Below, piece by piece: positions 16,626-26,571 of a stretch of 64,000 nucleotides of DNA. The notes under the pieces are model-generated. The model was not told the origin of the DNA. It made no database searches and worked only from the letters and a program-made list of their open reading frames with translations. A program made the position numbers and the translations under genes. How positions within the stretch are numbered: the first letter of the stretch is position 1; each line of letters opens with the position of its first letter. Source of the DNA: a virus (lineage: Duplodnaviria; Caudoviricetes); IMG/VR virus record IMGVR_UViG_3300037466_003648, positions 128,001-192,000 of that record; one strand, 5' to 3'.

Positions 16626-18605
16626 TTACCAGTCGGCTTGGGTCACCGACGTCTTCCGCCCCATGGTCCGAATCGTCGCCCCTGCATTTCTGGGCGCGTT
16701 GTTGATCAACCGTTGATTGCTGCGTGCGGCCATGGCACGACCCTCATCGAAGATGTCGGAGATGACGCCCGCCGCACGCACCTTGCCGACCGTGCGCATC
16801 TTGTCCGAACCCACTTCGAAGCTGCGGTACTTGCGCTCGTCCTGGGCGATCTTGTAGATGACGCAGGCCAGGCAGTCGGACAAGTCCTTCGAGCCGCGGG
16901 GCTTCGGGTGATCGATGCGACGACCGTTCATCAGCTTCAGCTCGATCAACTCCTTGTGCAGCTGGGCAGCGGCGGGCGACACGCTCGGGTCCGGTAGCTG
17001 GATGCGCTCGGCGTAGAGCCAGTCGCGCAAGGTCAGGTAAATGTCGCGCTGGACCTGCTGACTAAAGCTCGACTTCCACTCGCGGGTATTCACGCCCTTC
17101 GAGTACAGGCGTTGGATGATCATGGCACTCTGCCAGTGGTCGAAGGTCATGTCCCGCAGGGTGATGTAGGGAGCCAGCTCCAGGATGATCTCTTCCACGT
17201 TCATGAAGTCCGTGGGGTAGATGTTCTTGCGGCCCTTGTCGAGCGGCTGCCACTTCAGGATGGTGTGCACGTCCGCGTGCACCAACCCCGTGGCTGCGTC
17301 GTAGAAAGGCGAGGCGGCCACGAAACCGAAGCTGTCCTTCTTCAGACCGGGGTCTCCGTGCGCGTAGCTTTGGAAGCCGATCGGAACGCTGATCGCATCG
17401 CGGTCGACGTGGATCTTAATGCCTGCCTTGATCTGCACGCCATCGGGTCCGACCACCTGCGTCTCGATGGCCTCGTAGCCGACCGGCAGACTCATGCGCG
17501 TCGTGACCTTCTGGACCAGCGGCTTCTGGAAGTAGGACTCCTCCGAACCGGGGCGGACGCCTGCGTAGTCGCGCTGCGCCTCGATGCCGCGTGCAGCGAA
17601 CTCTTTGCGCATGAAGGGGTGCTCTTCGCCCAGCTTCGCGAACTCCGGGTTGATGTCCCAGGTGCAGAGGCGGAACGCCAGGATGTTGGCGCCCTCCTCG
17701 GTCTCTGCCATCTCGTACATCGTGTCCGTGATGTCGCCTTCCGCCCAGGCGGAGGAGATGACGATGCGCTTGGAGCCGAACTTCTGGAGGGTGGTGACAC
17801 CCTTGCCGACGTTGGCGTACATCTCCGCGCCCGACGCACCGCCTTGGGCTTCGACACCAAAGCGGTTGCCCTCGTCCATCGCGAAGATCATCAGGGTACG
17901 GCCGACCAGACCCTCGGAACGGCTGTGACCGGCCCAGAGCAGGAGGTTCTTGCTTTCGCAGTAGATCTCCAGCGCGTTGACCTGGATGACGCCGGTGGCC
18001 ATGAGACCCTGGAAGTAGGGGCTGTGCTCGATACGACCCTTGACGGCGGCGAACAGCGTGTCCTTGGACTGCTTCTCGGAGGTTGCCAACACGAGGAAGG
18101 CAATCAGGGATCCCGCCATCAAACCGAACGACGCGGCAGGGTCCTTGAGCTGCAGGAGCTTGTAGAACTCGAAGGTCACCATGATGGAGGTCAGCGAGGT
18201 CTTGGAGCCGCGCATCCCGCACTCCAAACACAGCTCTTGGTACTCCTGGCCTTCGACCCAGGTGGTCTTGTTGTCCAGTGACCACTGCTGGAGGATCTCG
18301 CGCTCGTCCCACGGATCGTCCGGGTGCATGTCGTAACGGGAGCACCAGCTGAAGATCTCTTCCTCGCGCTCGGCGCTCGTCCGGCCCGTGAGGTTGATGC
18401 ACAGGTCGCGCCAGAGCCCCTTCTCCAGCGGCAGGTTGTACAGCGCCTTGAGGATGGCACGCTGGGTCGGCCACAGACGGACGCCCAGGATCTCTGTAGC
18501 GAACTGGACAACGTCCATCGTTGTCTGGTCCTGCTGCATACCTTCTGCCACGATCTCGTGGATGAAGCTCTGTGCCTTGAGCAGTGGCTTGTTGATCTTA
18601 CTCAT
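16626..18605 (-). CDS. terL: terminase large subunit
   Basis: Walker A-like CGMRGSKT, Walker B IFAMDEG, nuclease domain HGDPG...DSFG, FDHWQS, KDLSDC. Confidence 0.9.
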   Translation of the reverse strand: MSKINKPLLKAQSFIHEIVAEGMQQDQTTMDVVQFATEILGVRLWPTQRAILKALYNLPLEKGLWRDLCINLTGRTSAEREEEIFSWCSRYDMHPDDPWDEREILQQWSLDNKTTWVEGQEYQELCLECGMRGSKTSLTSIMVTFEFYKLLQLKDPAASFGLMAGSLIAFLVLATSEKQSKDTLFAAVKGRIEHSPYFQGLMATGVIQVNALEIYCESKNLLLWAGHSRSEGLVGRTLMIFAMDEGNRFGVEAQGGASGAEMYANVGKGVTTLQKFGSKRIVISSAWAEGDITDTMYEMAETEEGANILAFRLCTWDINPEFAKLGEEHPFMRKEFAARGIEAQRDYAGVRPGSEESYFQKPLVQKVTTRMSLPVGYEAIETQVVGPDGVQIKAGIKIHVDRDAISVPIGFQSYAHGDPGLKKDSFGFVAASPFYDAATGLVHADVHTILKWQPLDKGRKNIYPTDFMNVEEIILELAPYITLRDMTFDHWQSAMIIQRLYSKGVNTREWKSSFSQQVQRDIYLTLRDWLYAERIQLPDPSVSPAAAQLHKELIELKLMNGRRIDHPKPRGSKDLSDCLACVIYKIAQDERKYRSFEVGSDKMRTVGKVRAAGVISDIFDEGRAMAARSNQRLINNAPRNAGATIRTMGRKTSVTQADW

Positions 18606-18813
18606 GGGACTTGCCCTCCGGGGACGCCTCGGGCAGCGCGTAGCTCATGATGGCGTCGAGGGGAACCTTGATCCATACGCTCTCCGCATCGGAAGCCATC
18701 ACCGTCACAGGTACCAGCTCCTGAACGAAGCGCAGCCCCACCGCGTTCGGCTCGTCTTGCACCACCTTGAACAGGCGGCGCATGAGGTCGAACGCGAGGG
18801 GAATGCGAGCCAT
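18598..18813 (-). CDS. hypothetical protein
   Basis: 71 aa ORF coupled between the endolysin and terL. Confidence 0.6.
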   Translation of the reverse strand: MARIPLAFDLMRRLFKVVQDEPNAVGLRFVQELVPVTVMASDAESVWIKVPLDAIMSYALPEASPEGKSHE

Positions 18814-18817
18814 GGTC

Positions 18818-19585
18818 TTAGCCCTTGATGATGTCGAGCATCATGAACTTCTCGTGACCGGCCTTGAGCGCGTCGTAGATGCGCAGCAGCTCGGTCATGA
18901 TGCCGTTCATGTTCCCGGTACCCACATCCACACGGAATCGGCCGTAGCCGTCCTGCTGGGCGTAGCTGGCGTGGTCGCTAACGACCTTCATCTGGATCAT
19001 CTTGCCGGTCTTCCAGATGCTGTTGGCATTCGGCTGGTCGCAAGCCATCTGGTCGATCGTCTCCGTCGCGCGGGGGTCGATTCGGTGCCAGGCGCAGTAC
19101 TCCGCGGCCAGGCGGGCACCCACCATAAGCTGCGCCTTGGTGACCGGCTGGCCGGAGGCCATTGCCATGAACGAGATGCCGATCGAGCCCGTGTTGCGCG
19201 CCCAGAGGTGCTTGCCCTTCTGGTTGCCCTTGAGGAAGCGCACGGCGTACGCCTGACCGGTCTTCGCGTCGTACACCACGCCGAACTGGTAACCGTCCCA
19301 GCACTGGTTGTAGTTGCCCGCGCTCCAGTGGAAAATGATGCGCTTGGACGTACCGGGATCGCCGTCCTTCTGGTCGTTCTCGTAGCAGAGCTGCAGCGTG
19401 AGCGTGTTGCTCAACTTCACGGACGTGTGCCGTGCCGCGTAGTGACCGGTCAGGTCGTAGGCGATCGGTTGGGTGGTCGTCGGATGCACGACCGGCGCGA
19501 GCAACAGACCGGGTGCCTCGCACTCGGTCACCTCGTACCAGGTCGGGTGCTCCAGCTTCAGTTGGGTGAGGTTCTTGTCAGCCAC
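18818..19585 (-). CDS. endolysin, N-acetylmuramoyl-L-alanine amidase (Amidase_2-like)
   Basis: KRIIFHWSAG...YQFGV...HLWARNTGSIGISF...DH Zn-amidase motifs. Confidence 0.8.
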   Translation of the reverse strand: MADKNLTQLKLEHPTWYEVTECEAPGLLLAPVVHPTTTQPIAYDLTGHYAARHTSVKLSNTLTLQLCYENDQKDGDPGTSKRIIFHWSAGNYNQCWDGYQFGVVYDAKTGQAYAVRFLKGNQKGKHLWARNTGSIGISFMAMASGQPVTKAQLMVGARLAAEYCAWHRIDPRATETIDQMACDQPNANSIWKTGKMIQMKVVSDHASYAQQDGYGRFRVDVGTGNMNGIMTELLRIYDALKAGHEKFMMLDIIKG

Positions 19586-19598
19586 GGGGTCCTGCTTT

Positions 19599-20033
19599 CT
19601 AGAGTTGGGTCGGGTCGATCACCGCGACCATCACCACGCGAGGTGGCTTGAGGAGGGAGTCGTACCCAATGTAGAAGATGTCACCGTGCGAGCGCTGGAG
19701 CATGAAGGCCATGTCCAACAGGGCACGGCCAAAGCGCATCGTGCGGGTGTGGGGTGTGTTCAGGTCGTCGGTGGGATTCGAGACGTCCACCACCACCCGA
19801 TGGGATTCGGTAAAGGTCTCGTCATACACAACATACCCTTGCTGATCCACTTCTGGCAGATCGATCAAGTAGACGAAGGGTTCTACGACCTTGACGGCAT
19901 CCGCGTGCGTCAGGATCAACATCAGCTTGTGGTCACCCAACGTGTCCAGTCCCTGGAAACCGCCGGGCGCGGAAGCGGCTAAGGTCTTCAGGGCGTCGCG
20001 GACTTGGGGATCGAGCAGAACGAGCGAGTTCAT
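19599..20033 (-). CDS. hypothetical protein
   Basis: 144 aa ORF in operon order. Confidence 0.65.
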   Translation of the reverse strand: MNSLVLLDPQVRDALKTLAASAPGGFQGLDTLGDHKLMLILTHADAVKVVEPFVYLIDLPEVDQQGYVVYDETFTESHRVVVDVSNPTDDLNTPHTRTMRFGRALLDMAFMLQRSHGDIFYIGYDSLLKPPRVVMVAVIDPTQL

Positions 20034-20038
20034 GGCGG

Positions 20039-21793
20039 CTACCTGTTGTTGTCGGCACGCAGCTGGTTCAGCTTCGTGTACAGCGGCTTGAGGCGCTCAC
20101 GCAGCCCGGATGCCTGGGCAATCGCAGCAGCCTTGACGGTCTCGTCCATCGACGTTGCACCGATGCTGTTGTTGTACTGGCTGATCGCCGTGTCGGCAGC
20201 ATCGATGGCAGAGGATGCGGCACCAATGGCTGCCGTACCCGCAGCTTGCAGCTTGGGATCTCCCTTGGTCAGGTCCACCGTATTCAGCTGCCGTTGGCCC
20301 GCCGTGGCCGCGTAAGCAGCAACAGCCGTGGCCGCCTTGGCAACCTTGCCCTCGGCCGCGGTCACCAGTTGGGCGGCCGACTCGAAGTTCTTGCCGTTGG
20401 GTGTTGCCGTGCGAGTGCGCGGGGCCGGGTCGGTGATCTTGCCACCGCCGCCCAGCACCTGGTTGCTGGCACCGCCCGCGGGGATCTTGGTGTCCTGCTT
20501 GGCCTGCAGGGTCTCCTTGGTCGCGCGCTGCACCAGGGTCGTGTCCGCATCCGAACCACCCTCGATGCCGCCCACGGCAAAGCACTGGAACTTGTAGTAG
20601 GTACGGGCATCGTCGCGGTACCAGCGGGTGTAGTTGGTCACGATGACCTGGTACTTGATGCGCACCACGCCGCTGAAGATCTCGAAGTCGACCGCCGTGC
20701 CGCCCTTTACCGCGTTGTCGAGGAACACCCGCGACACCTGCCACGAGCCGCCCTTCTTCTCCGGGTCCGTGTAGAGCGGGTCGGGGTTGTAGGGATCGTG
20801 GTAGCCGACCTTGTGCAGATCTTGGTTCAACAGACGCGCCTGGTCCCAACCCAAGAACGCTCCCACGAACTCGATCATCAAACCCTGGATGCCCAAGGAC
20901 TGGTAGACAGGCGCACCGCCGGGAATGAGCAGCGTCGCGTAGTTCTGGACGTGCACGAAACGGATGCCCGCCTCGGCACCGGGTGCTTGCTGACCCTGTA
21001 CCCCACCGTGGATGGGCAGGATCGAGTTGGTGGCAGGGGGCAGCTCGAACGGCACGTTCGCGAGCTTGACCTCCATGTGACCTGCGTGACCCACGTTGAC
21101 CTGGTGCGTGGGTGGCGTGCGCGTGAAGGTAGGCGGCGTGTCGTCCGGCCAGTAGTACTCGACCAGCTGCGGCTGGGGTGGCCGGTAGCCGAAGTTGAGA
21201 CCGTACTGCTTGGCGAGCAGCCCCAGCGCCGCACCGGCCAGGTTGGGCAACAGGACGCCTGTGATCGCGTCGGCCGCCACACCCCCGAAATTGCCTTGCA
21301 AGATGTCGGCCAGGATCGTGTCGCGCGTCGAGGGCGACATGTTCGAGAGCACCGCCCCGACGGCCGGAATGTGCTGACCGAACGTGTCGAGCACACTGTC
21401 CATGACCTGGACGCCCGTGCCCGGCCACGAGAGCGTGGAGATCACCGCACCGGGGTTTTGGGCGACCGTGTCGATCGCGTCGATGCCCTTCTGATACAGC
21501 TCGCCGACGATGCCCTGCACGCCGCTGTCACCACTGGCGGGCAGGAGTCCCGTCTGGTAGAGCATACCGTCAAGGTAGGTCTGGCCGTCGAGGTAGTTGT
21601 TACCGGTACCCGCCTTCGCCTGTCGGATGCGATGGGCGACGTCCGGGGGCATCTCGTTGTTGTTGACCGAGGCCAGCAGGGTATCCCCAAGCGTTGGATC
21701 CCCGGAGAGTTGGTTGACGCCCAGAACTGTTGGCTGCTTCGTAACAGAAGCAGCCAGGTTCGCGAACTCGGCAGTCAGGAACTCCAGCCCCAT
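20039..21793 (-). CDS. hypothetical virion protein (central region resembles tail-tube initiator/baseplate centrepiece proteins)
   Basis: 584 aa ORF; central beta-rich NYATLLIPGGAPVYQSLG...IEFVGAF...VIVTNYT segment; function inferred only. Confidence 0.45.
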   Translation of the reverse strand: MGLEFLTAEFANLAASVTKQPTVLGVNQLSGDPTLGDTLLASVNNNEMPPDVAHRIRQAKAGTGNNYLDGQTYLDGMLYQTGLLPASGDSGVQGIVGELYQKGIDAIDTVAQNPGAVISTLSWPGTGVQVMDSVLDTFGQHIPAVGAVLSNMSPSTRDTILADILQGNFGGVAADAITGVLLPNLAGAALGLLAKQYGLNFGYRPPQPQLVEYYWPDDTPPTFTRTPPTHQVNVGHAGHMEVKLANVPFELPPATNSILPIHGGVQGQQAPGAEAGIRFVHVQNYATLLIPGGAPVYQSLGIQGLMIEFVGAFLGWDQARLLNQDLHKVGYHDPYNPDPLYTDPEKKGGSWQVSRVFLDNAVKGGTAVDFEIFSGVVRIKYQVIVTNYTRWYRDDARTYYKFQCFAVGGIEGGSDADTTLVQRATKETLQAKQDTKIPAGGASNQVLGGGGKITDPAPRTRTATPNGKNFESAAQLVTAAEGKVAKAATAVAAYAATAGQRQLNTVDLTKGDPKLQAAGTAAIGAASSAIDAADTAISQYNNSIGATSMDETVKAAAIAQASGLRERLKPLYTKLNQLRADNNR

Positions 21794-21802
21794 GGGCGTC
21801 TC

Positions 21803-22264
21803 CTACTTCGTGCGGCTTACCGCGGGCGGATCGGCCGGGGGTGCTGCCTTCTGCGGCGACCAGTTCATGATGAGCGTGAGGGTCAACCCCAGTGCCGACA
21901 ACCCAACGGTGATCAGGGTCACGTAGGTCGCCGTCGTGTTGGAGTGCATGCTCTTCAGCAGCTCCAGGTGGTTGTGGTTGGTCTCGGCAATGGCCTCTTG
22001 AGCGGCATTCACCGCGGTTCCCAGCAGCGCCATCTGCTGCTGGGTCGCATCCAGACGAGCTTGGATCTCGTGCCGCGGCACGAAGCTCTGAGGCAGTGCC
22101 TTCAACTCGTTCAAGGTCGCACGAATCTCGTCGAGCTTCGAGTTCAACACGGCCAGTTGCTGGTTGTTCTGACTGGTCTGCGAGGCCGTTTCTGCCAGGC
22201 GCTTGTCCAGCTCCTGCAGCTTCTGCTCCAGCAAACCAATTCGCTGCTCCAACACTTCGGACAT
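21803..22264 (-). CDS. coiled-coil protein with a C-terminal TM helix (XhlA/holin-like)
   Basis: heptad N-terminus plus hydrophobic YVTLITVGLSALGLTLTLIM. Confidence 0.55.
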   Translation of the reverse strand: MSEVLEQRIGLLEQKLQELDKRLAETASQTSQNNQQLAVLNSKLDEIRATLNELKALPQSFVPRHEIQARLDATQQQMALLGTAVNAAQEAIAETNHNHLELLKSMHSNTTATYVTLITVGLSALGLTLTLIMNWSPQKAAPPADPPAVSRTK

Positions 22265-22274
22265 GGGCTTCTCC

Positions 22275-22601
22275 TTACGGCCGCAAGCTATCGAGAACCA
22301 ACACGCTGAAAAGCCCCGTAGACTGGGACTTCCCGTTCTGGAAGGTCACGACAACCTCCCCGGAGTAGGTACCAACAGTGTTGGTGTCGCCGTTCTGCCA
22401 GGCATACTCGGCCTTGCCGTCTTCGGCATCGGTCACGGTGCAGGCGCGATGGTCGATCAGGAGGTTCGTGGAGTCGGTGCCCATCGAGAACGTGATGGAC
22501 GAGACGTCTGTCAGGTCGACACAACTTCCATCTCGCTTCTTGAGATGGAACTGCAGGATCGGGAGCAAGTCCTTCTTGTAGATGGAAAATTCGATGGCCA
22601 T
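22275..22601 (-). CDS. BppU-like Ig-fold virion protein
   Basis: KKDLLPILQFHLK..DG..VDLT...DAEDGKAEY.W...DT...G.Y.GEV.VTF pattern. Confidence 0.6.
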   Translation of the reverse strand: MAIEFSIYKKDLLPILQFHLKKRDGSCVDLTDVSSITFSMGTDSTNLLIDHRACTVTDAEDGKAEYAWQNGDTNTVGTYSGEVVVTFQNGKSQSTGLFSVLVLDSLRP

Positions 22602-22602
22602 G

Positions 22603-22734
22603 CTAGTCCCCCAGCACCAAGGTCAACACGACGGACGGCGTCATCACCAGTGCCAAGGGGGCACTGTCGATCACCAGACCGAGGGTCTGATCGTTCTCGA
22701 TGATCAGCACGAGCGAAGTCGTAGGATCGGTCAT
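22603..22734 (-). CDS. small hypothetical protein (43 aa, MTDPTTSL...)
   Basis: GGAGGAG RBS 10 nt upstream; stop 1 nt before the next start. Confidence 0.5.
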   Translation of the reverse strand: MTDPTTSLVLIIENDQTLGLVIDSAPLALVMTPSVVLTLVLGD

Positions 22735-22779
22735 CGGCGTGGGGCTCCTCCACGAGCATGGTGGAGTGAAACTGCGTCT

Positions 22780-22821
22780 AACTTCTGGGCGACGCAACCG
22801 AAGCTGCGTCGCCCAGAAGTT
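22780..22821 (-). repeat. 17 bp perfect inverted repeat forming a cUUCGg-capped hairpin on the - strand
   Basis: AACTTCTGGGCGACGCA 22780-22796 / TGCGTCGCCCAGAAGTT 22805-22821. Confidence 0.85.
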
Positions 22822-22857
22822 GGAGTGAGGAGGAGAGGGAAGGAATGGAGCGGAAAA

Positions 22858-23142
22858 CTAGGCACGCGCCTTGTCGAGGACCGTGGTGATCAGCTTCTCG
22901 GCCAGCGCCTCGATGTTGGCCGCCACGCCGTGCAGCATGGCGTCGTTCTCCAGGAGCAGCTTGGCGTACGTGGGGATCTGGGGGATCGCTTCGATGGCCG
23001 CCTTGGCATCCTTGACGATGGTTTCGACAGCAGCCGCTGCATCGGCCGTGGCTTCAGCGGCGTTCAGCTTGCGTTCGACCGCGGCTTCCAGGATCGACGC
23101 GATGACCTGCTCCGCGTCCTGCAACAATTCGTTGGGGGTCAT
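22858..23142 (-). CDS. hypothetical Ala-rich helical protein
   Basis: 94 aa ORF with AAAGGAG RBS. Confidence 0.7.
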   Translation of the reverse strand: MTPNELLQDAEQVIASILEAAVERKLNAAEATADAAAAVETIVKDAKAAIEAIPQIPTYAKLLLENDAMLHGVAANIEALAEKLITTVLDKARA

Positions 23143-23204
23143 GGGGATCTCCTTTCAGATCGACATGCCACATGGTGTCGCAAAACCGGGGTAAGAACTG
23201 GGCA

Positions 23205-26105
23205 TTACGGCAATGGATCGGCGATTGCTACTGGACGTCCGTTGGGTTCGTACAGTGCCACGCTCGCCGCGGAGGTGACCGCCGTACGGGCATCCGTACG
23301 GGTCTCGCGCACCACGAGGATCAGACGCCGTCCCTGGTAGGACACCAGCATTAGCATGACCGTCTCGTGCGCCCCCGCCGTGCTCAAGGCGTCGGACTCC
23401 ACCAGGAAGCTCGCATCCGCCAGGTCCGACAGGTGGAACACGCTGCCCTGCTGGAGTGGCACGCTGCCACAACGGTTCTTGGCAAGAGGCAGATCGCTCA
23501 GCACCGAGCGAACCGGCGTATGGTTGATCAAGGCGATCGCACGGCTGTCGAGGCTGGCCGCCCGCACGAACGGAGCGGTTCCCCAGTCGGGTGCCGCATC
23601 GGTGCCGCCCGTGCCCTTGGTGTGCGCCACCAGAACCAGGGCCGATACGGCCACCAGTGCCGCGGAAGGGTCCACCGTCAGTGCAAGCGGGACGTGCGAC
23701 GAGACCGCCACGTTGACATGGTCGGCCGGAACGAACTCGCGGCCCACCAAGGCGATCATCTGGACCTTGGTGCCGTCGGTCAAGGGTGCCGGGAACGTGA
23801 GCGTCACGAGCGGACCCGCGATCACCACGGTCACCGACAGTGCCAACGACACGGCCACGCCATCCAACAGGATCGAGGCGCACACCGCCGAGGCGATCTT
23901 GCCCTTGATCATTCCCGGTGCCGCGAGCGTCACGGTGTTCGTGCTGCCCTGTGCCACCGTCGAGAGCACGTACGCCTCGGCCAGGTCAGCCACCGAGGAG
24001 GCTTCGGCATCCCAGGTACACACCGGCGCGTCGAGCACGACATCCACCTCGAAGTAGGCGTTGCTCGCCACCGTGGTGCTGCCGCCCAGCACGATCGTGA
24101 CCGTGCCGTTGCTGTTGCGCTGCGAACTGAAGAGTGCCGTGGTCACGTTGTTGACCCGCACGTCGATCGGCCACAACACCGTCCGTCCGTACTTCGTCGC
24201 GGCGATTGTGTAAGTCGACGTGCCGTTTCCGGGGATCCGCAGGGTCGCTACAGTGCCCTTGACGGCCGACCCAGGGTTCCACGCGTTGACCGCTTCACCC
24301 GTGGCGAGCTGCAACCCCAACGCGGGACCGCTCAACGTCTGGCTCGAACTGGCTGCGGGCACGGGGTAGATGCGACCCCGAACGTCGGAAGCGCCCAACA
24401 CGCTGTCGAAGCGTACGGGCACACCACTGTTCGCCGCGTAGCTCACGCCCAGGACCAGGCGCACATCCGCGTGGGTGGGGGGCACCGCCGGGCGGAACTC
24501 CAGGTTGTTGCTCACCACGGCAATGGTGCCCGCGATGGTAGCGCCCGTGGTGCCATCGTACATGGCCGACTGCCCTGCATCGAAGCTGCCGCCCAGCGTG
24601 CTCAACGCGGAGGGCAGGAGCACCGGGTAGAACGAGCCATCCGTCACCTGCATCACCGGACGCAGTACGGCTTCGGGGCGCACATCCACGTAGTCCAGCG
24701 TGAGCGACGTCGTGCCGCCATCCACGTAGATGCGCAGCTCGAAGCTGGTCACCCACGAGGGGAGATTCAAGATGCTCTGCTGGAGCTGGGGCGTGTTGAA
24801 GGGGATCGAGGCCAGGTTCGCGATCGTGATGGTCGCCAAGGCGTTGTGCGTGACGGGGTCGGCCACCACGATCAACAGGTTGGCGCCGTTGGCGCTGTGG
24901 ACGGTGTAGCCCACCTGCACGGCCAACACATCCGTTGCCACCCCCGTGACCGTGGTCTTGATGCCGTAGGGATCGCCCGAAGGACCGCCGGTACGCTGCA
25001 TGTCTTCGCCGGTCGAGCCGTGCAGGGCGAGCACACCCGTGGCGCTGCCGCTCGTGTAGATCGTCCAACCATCGGGCACGCCGTCGGCGTTGGTGTCCAC
25101 CTCGAAGTGCGAGTGCTTGATCAGGTTCGCCGTGATAGCGGTCTTGTCGGCACCCGCCCGGTCCGAACGCCGCGTGCAGTAGGGCACCGTGTCCAGCGCC
25201 TGCAGCGTGGTCTGCAACACGCCACCACCCAGCTTGTTGGTGAGCACGTCGACCAGCGAGCGGCGGAACAAGATGTCGTCGTTGGGACGCAGCGTGGTGC
25301 GCTGGCGCAGATCCACCACCGATCGCACCATGTCCACCGCGTCGTTCCACCCACCATCCGGCCGCGTCGACGGCACGGTTTGGCTGGCGACGGGCGCCCC
25401 GTTCGGGTTGGTCACGGCATCGTACGCGGTCGTGTTGTGACGACGCACCCGCGCGATGGGCAGCGCGTAGGTGAAGCGGTACAGCTCGTTGTCCAGCCCC
25501 ACCTCCGACAGAATGTCATTCTCCAGGCCGTCGCGCAACGCAACCCACAAGCCGGGATCGGTCGCCAGATCGAAGGCGGAAGGACGCTGCACGTAGACCG
25601 CAGCCGTCGTGTTACCCTGCTCGTCATGTGCGACCACCGTGGGGTCGTCCATGCCATCGGGGTAGCTGCTGAAGTTGACGCCCGAAACCACGCGGAAGCG
25701 GTACTGCAAGCTGCGCCCGCTGCCCTCTGCACGAATGAACCATGCTTCCAGGAAGACCAGGTCATCGCGCGTACCGGTCGTCGGTGGTGCGGGCAAGGTG
25801 ATCGCCACCTGGTTGCGGGGCAATGGCAGACGGTAGCCGTCCAACAGCACCTCTGCCCCGTTGGTCGCGTCGAGGTAGAGCGTGTTGGCGACCGGCGGGC
25901 TCACCTCCGCACCCCCGCGCAATACCCCCGGCGCGAGCCAACCCGAGGGCGCCTGGAGCTTGACCAGGCGCGCCACCTCATCCGTCATCGTGCGGTGCAC
26001 GACCACGGGAACGCCGGGGATCTCGGCGTTCTCGTCACGCACGGGAACTTGGCCGGGACCGTTGCCGGTGTCGAGGTAGGAAGCCGGGATCGGGAACGTC
26101 GCCAT
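23205..26105 (-). CDS. virion structural / tail-fibre-associated protein with a CBM-like domain
   Basis: 966 aa, Thr/Val-rich; NLIKHSHFEVDTNADGVPDGW start typical of carbohydrate-binding jelly-roll modules. Confidence 0.55.
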   Translation of the reverse strand: MATFPIPASYLDTGNGPGQVPVRDENAEIPGVPVVVHRTMTDEVARLVKLQAPSGWLAPGVLRGGAEVSPPVANTLYLDATNGAEVLLDGYRLPLPRNQVAITLPAPPTTGTRDDLVFLEAWFIRAEGSGRSLQYRFRVVSGVNFSSYPDGMDDPTVVAHDEQGNTTAAVYVQRPSAFDLATDPGLWVALRDGLENDILSEVGLDNELYRFTYALPIARVRRHNTTAYDAVTNPNGAPVASQTVPSTRPDGGWNDAVDMVRSVVDLRQRTTLRPNDDILFRRSLVDVLTNKLGGGVLQTTLQALDTVPYCTRRSDRAGADKTAITANLIKHSHFEVDTNADGVPDGWTIYTSGSATGVLALHGSTGEDMQRTGGPSGDPYGIKTTVTGVATDVLAVQVGYTVHSANGANLLIVVADPVTHNALATITIANLASIPFNTPQLQQSILNLPSWVTSFELRIYVDGGTTSLTLDYVDVRPEAVLRPVMQVTDGSFYPVLLPSALSTLGGSFDAGQSAMYDGTTGATIAGTIAVVSNNLEFRPAVPPTHADVRLVLGVSYAANSGVPVRFDSVLGASDVRGRIYPVPAASSSQTLSGPALGLQLATGEAVNAWNPGSAVKGTVATLRIPGNGTSTYTIAATKYGRTVLWPIDVRVNNVTTALFSSQRNSNGTVTIVLGGSTTVASNAYFEVDVVLDAPVCTWDAEASSVADLAEAYVLSTVAQGSTNTVTLAAPGMIKGKIASAVCASILLDGVAVSLALSVTVVIAGPLVTLTFPAPLTDGTKVQMIALVGREFVPADHVNVAVSSHVPLALTVDPSAALVAVSALVLVAHTKGTGGTDAAPDWGTAPFVRAASLDSRAIALINHTPVRSVLSDLPLAKNRCGSVPLQQGSVFHLSDLADASFLVESDALSTAGAHETVMLMLVSYQGRRLILVVRETRTDARTAVTSAASVALYEPNGRPVAIADPLP

Positions 26106-26114
26106 GAGGATCTC

Positions 26115-26564
26115 CTAAACCACGGGGTTGTCGTCGCGTGCCAGCTCGTCGGCGACCTGGTCGGACGCACGCGCCCCCGGCAGACGATGCAAGACGCTGT
26201 GGAAGACGTCGAGCCGCAGGAAGTCGATCACGACATCGATCATCGGATTGTGCCAACCCAAGGCCACCGAGACGCCCTTGACGTTCTGCAGCACGGAGAT
26301 GACCTCCTTGAGCAGCAGCAGATAGAAGCACGCGCTGCCCACATGGTCGACCAGGGGCAACCCGATCCCGCCGAAGAACACCTGCAAGACGGCGAGCACG
26401 CTCAGGTAGAGCGACAGCTTCACCAAGACCAGTGGAAGTCGGCGCACGTCGAAGCGCTTCTCCAGCACAGCCCGCGGCGTCCCCGTCAACCAGTCAAGCA
26501 GCAGCACGAGGTACAGCATCTGTGCCTCGGAACTCTGCAAGAAGACGAGAAAGGCGGCGTACAT
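26115..26564 (-). CDS. holin (family-4-like)
   Basis: AGGAG RBS before ATG 26564; three hydrophobic segments; LDWLTG and KEVISVLQN motifs. Confidence 0.7.
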   Translation of the reverse strand: MYAAFLVFLQSSEAQMLYLVLLLDWLTGTPRAVLEKRFDVRRLPLVLVKLSLYLSVLAVLQVFFGGIGLPLVDHVGSACFYLLLLKEVISVLQNVKGVSVALGWHNPMIDVVIDFLRLDVFHSVLHRLPGARASDQVADELARDDNPVV

Positions 26565-26571
26565 GGGACTC

